64,000 bases of DNA from Octopus vulgaris (taxonomy: Eukaryota). Within the stretch, counting starts at the first letter, position 1; every line of letters begins with the position of its first letter. Below, piece after piece: positions 60,880 through 64,000 of this stretch. Below the pieces are notes generated by a model. The model searched no databases and had not been told where the DNA came from. It was given only the letters and a program-made list of their open reading frames with translations. The position numbers were made by a program, and so were the translations under genes. The stretch is from the NCBI GenBank assembly GCA_951406725.2, contig OX597833.1, forward strand, positions 45,694,001-45,758,000, read 5' to 3'.

Positions 60880-62250
60880 ATAGTAAAGTGTGAAAAAACG
60901 ACAGAAGGCTTAAATGTTAAAAAATATATATATTTGTGTCAAAATGTCTGGAGAATATTGGAAAAATTTTTTTTTTTCCTTTCCTTAAAATGACATAATT
61001 TTAAAATTTTTAAAGAAATTACCGGTTTCGCGTGTAGCTTTTCAAATTTCTTGTGACGTTATGTTTATATTGCATGGAGTTATCGTTGTTTTTATTTCCA
61101 GGAGATTTCTAAATAAGGGGAGGTAGTGAGTGATTTCTTCCGGTGTAAGGGAGATAATCGCTTAAAAATTTTTTTTTCCTTTTCCTTGTTAATTTCTCTG
61201 TGTCAGTATGTTCGGATGGTTGAGTCTGGGTTTGTACTTTTCAATGAAGAATGTTTCCTTGTTCAGTCTCATTTGTGTTGATGATCCGAAAGCACATTGG
61301 TAAAATGGGAAGATTAAAAATTGTGGCAGTAGTTGCTTTGCGCATTTCTCAATGTGCTCACTAAAAGGTATCATTCTATATTCTGGGAATGCAATCTGTT
61401 GTCGATGCAGTGTGCACCTACGCCTGAGTGATAGTCCCGTGGAACCCACGTAGTCTTGGTGGCAGCCCGAGCATTTAATAACATAAATTATGTTTTCAGA
61501 GGCACAAGTAAAGTTAGATTTGATCTTAAATTTCTGTCCCTCTTTAAAGAAGAATTCTGATCCTTCCAATAGGTTAGGACATGTTGCACAGTTCGATCTA
61601 CCACATTTTTTTACTTTTGCATCCGTAATTTTAGAAGACAATTTTGCCTTTGTGAGAATCTTTTAAAGTGATTTAGGCTGTTTGTAGCTTTTAATGATTT
61701 GGTGTATGTTTAGAATTTCCTTTAATTTTGGGTTTTTATGAAGTATTGGTAAATTCTGGGTGATGATGGTGAAGGCTTCTTTGTTTCTGGGGTTGTATGT
61801 AGATATGTAAGGTAGTATTTTCGGGGAAGGTGTGTTGTTGTGTTGAACTTTTCTTAAAGTTTCTATGTTGATTTCTGTTGCACGTCTGATCCCATCCTCT
61901 ATGAGTTGAGCTGGGTAATGTCTGTCAATTAGGGTGTTTTTGAGTTCTTGCAGTCTAAAGTTCCTGGTATTTTGTTCTGACACTATTGTGCATATCCTTC
62001 TTGCAAGGTTGAAGGGGATGTTTGTTTTAGTGTGTCTTGGGTGGCATGAATTAAAAAGAAGGTATTGTTTGGCGTCTGTGGCTTTGTAAAAAATGTCTGT
62101 TTCTATTTTAAGGTTAATTTTTTTAATTAGTATATCCAAGAACGGGAGCTCCTTTTGGTTGTATTCCATTGTGAACTGTATATTTGGGTTTATGCTGTTC
62201 AATAGGTTTTTAAATTTTAGGAGTTTATCTATGTTTTCATTCCAGACTTT
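60880..62250 (-). mobile_element. 5'-truncated Penelope-like element (RT C-terminus plus GIY-YIG endonuclease)
   Basis: NSINPNIQFTME...LPFLDILI...YKATDAKQYL.FNSCHPRH, then CGRSNCATC...NIIYVIKCSGCHQDYVGSTG...RRRCTLH...E.FFIEKYKPRLN. One stop or frameshift lies near 61660. Confidence 0.92.
61013..61052 (-). ncRNA. Minimal hammerhead-like motif in the 3' region of the PLE
   Basis: aagaaat-TTGAAAA-gc(tacac)gc-GAAA-ccgg-TA-atttctt, with a perfect 7-bp stem I and palindromic accggt. Confidence 0.65.
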
Positions 62251-62311
<61 letters not shown>

Positions 62312-62676
62312 AAGAGAGATTCTGTCTCTTTGTTTGTCCCGCTTTCTTTCTCTCTCTTTCTTTCTCTTCTCCTTCTTCCTCTCTTTGTCTCTCATTATAG
62401 CAGAATGAATGATTTGCATTGTTATATGTTCGTGTGAGGAGTTTACAGGTTGATTGGAGATAAAATAAAGTTGGTAAATAGAATTAGCACAATAAATGAA
62501 TGAATTAAATAAAGGAAATTTAAATACAAATAAGGTAAGTTTATAGTTAATAAAAGAATGGAATACTCGTTTATAAGGTATAGATAAAGTTTTTAAAATG
62601 TGTACATATGCAAGTAGGCTTGTATACATATACACACACACGTATATGTATCCGTACGTCCGTATATATATATATA

Positions 62677-63059
62677 CTAGCAGTATCGCCCGGCGTTGCT
62701 CAGGTTTGTAAGGGAAATAACTATAAAGCATTTTTAGAGAATTATAGCCAAAAAATAGAAAAAAAATGGAAAAAAATGATGGTAAATTTTTTTTTAGTTA
62801 AAAATGGTGGAGTTGCGTCCCCTAGACAGTTTGCGGTTTGTGTTTCTAATTCTCGACCCCATGTCGAATTTATCGATTTTTTTCAGAACTGGGGGAACTT
62901 TTCAAAATTTTCGCTGCGTTAGTTTTGAATTATGACATTGGGCTATGTGTGTGTCAAGTTTTATCAGAATCGGTTGAAAGCCGTGGTCAGGGTGAGGGTA
63001 CAAGCAAACAGACACACAGAAACACGCACAGACAAACTGCCGTTTATATAGAGAGAGAT
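62677..63059 (-). mobile_element. Non-autonomous Helitron
   Basis: Minus strand: a|TCtctctctatataaacggcagtttg at the 5' end and cctgagcaacgccgggcgatactgCTAG|t at the 3' end. Confidence 0.75.
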
Positions 63060-63559
63060 ATATATACACAGAGACACACACATATAATCACACATATACA
63101 TACATCCACACGAACACACATATCCGCGCATATACGTATATACACATATACATGCGCAAATACATTAATTCGTATGCACACTCACACATACATATATGTA
63201 TATATATGTGTTTACACTTTTTACCTACCACCCCAAAGAAGAAGTTAACATAGATCTATGTTGGTCAATTAATTCCAATTAGTTAATGAAATTTTGAATT
63301 ATTTTGTCTACTCTGTAGTGTTTCAAGGAAAGTATATGTGTTTTTATCAGTTTTGGAAACTTTTGGTGTTTGAATGTGCCTACGAAAATAACTAACATTT
63401 ATATACGCATGTGTACAAGCGTACGTAAATTTAATCATAGATATATATATGTTGGATCTTGCAGGCATGAAGTGGTTTCGAACCACCATAACCAAATTTA
63501 AATTAACAGTTCAACAGAACTTTTCTCACGGTGGAACAATGGTTTTTCTCTGACAGCAG

Positions 63560-63800
63560 TTTTACATTTGCCAGATTGCCTTAGCTAGGCCGAAATAATG
63601 TCTTCACCACTTGACCCTTCTGCTTCACCAAAAGCTAGAATAGAGATATCACTGTACCATCAACGAAGCCCATTATTCTCAACAATGTGTCTATCCTACT
63701 GGATAGTTATAAAAGCAAGAACTTCCAAGCAAAAACCAAGTAGTCACTTGGTGACAACTGAGCGAGGCGGCTCGTGACGACTCAGGTTGGGAACGGACTG
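63560..63800 (+). mobile_element. Possible hAT (Charlie-like) 3' end remnant
   Basis: Ends in caggttgggaacggactg (reverse complement cagtccgttcccaacctg) followed by ctag. No partner TIR was identified. Confidence 0.3.
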
Positions 63801-64000
63801 CTAGAATCATGATCAGCATGAAGGCAGCTACTAAAGACATTGATCAACGAGAGAAATGATATTTACTCTTAGCAACTGCGAGACGACGTCCTACAACCTT
63901 GCAACTTTCACTAGCTCTAATTACAACATCATTCTATCTCTATTACTAAATAATGAAGAGAACACAAACACAAACTTTACTTCGCATGCTTTTGGATGTA

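Overview
AT-rich, microsatellite-dense animal DNA. The SINE families and the intronless sialin-like gene suggest an octopus or other coleoid cephalopod (inference). Only two intact host genes are visible: a tRNA-Leu(UAG) at 53138-53219 (-) and a single-exon SLC17/sialin-like transporter at 58627-60060 (+). The dominant feature is a ~16 kb tandem array of a 69-bp unit (~21.4-37.3 kb, about 230 copies). Its minus strand reads as a 23-aa STPR-like repeat (ENESQRNARRVDSQQRTAARRAT) running from an MSPKK start codon at 37456. The centre of the array has acquired stop codons and kb-scale higher-order duplications, so it looks like a protein-coding repeat turning into satellite DNA. An ~8.5 kb near-identical duplication spans a 100-N gap and is probably an assembly overlap. 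The rest is transposon debris: a full-length decayed mariner, Penelope-like remnants with several minimal hammerhead-like motifs, an RTE-type 5' end with an HDV-like ribozyme fold, RLE- and Tx1-type LINE remnants, hAT MITEs, non-autonomous Helitrons and at least four tRNA-derived SINE families. Most ORFs in the supplied track are microsatellite or antisense artefacts. Boundaries of decayed elements are approximate.
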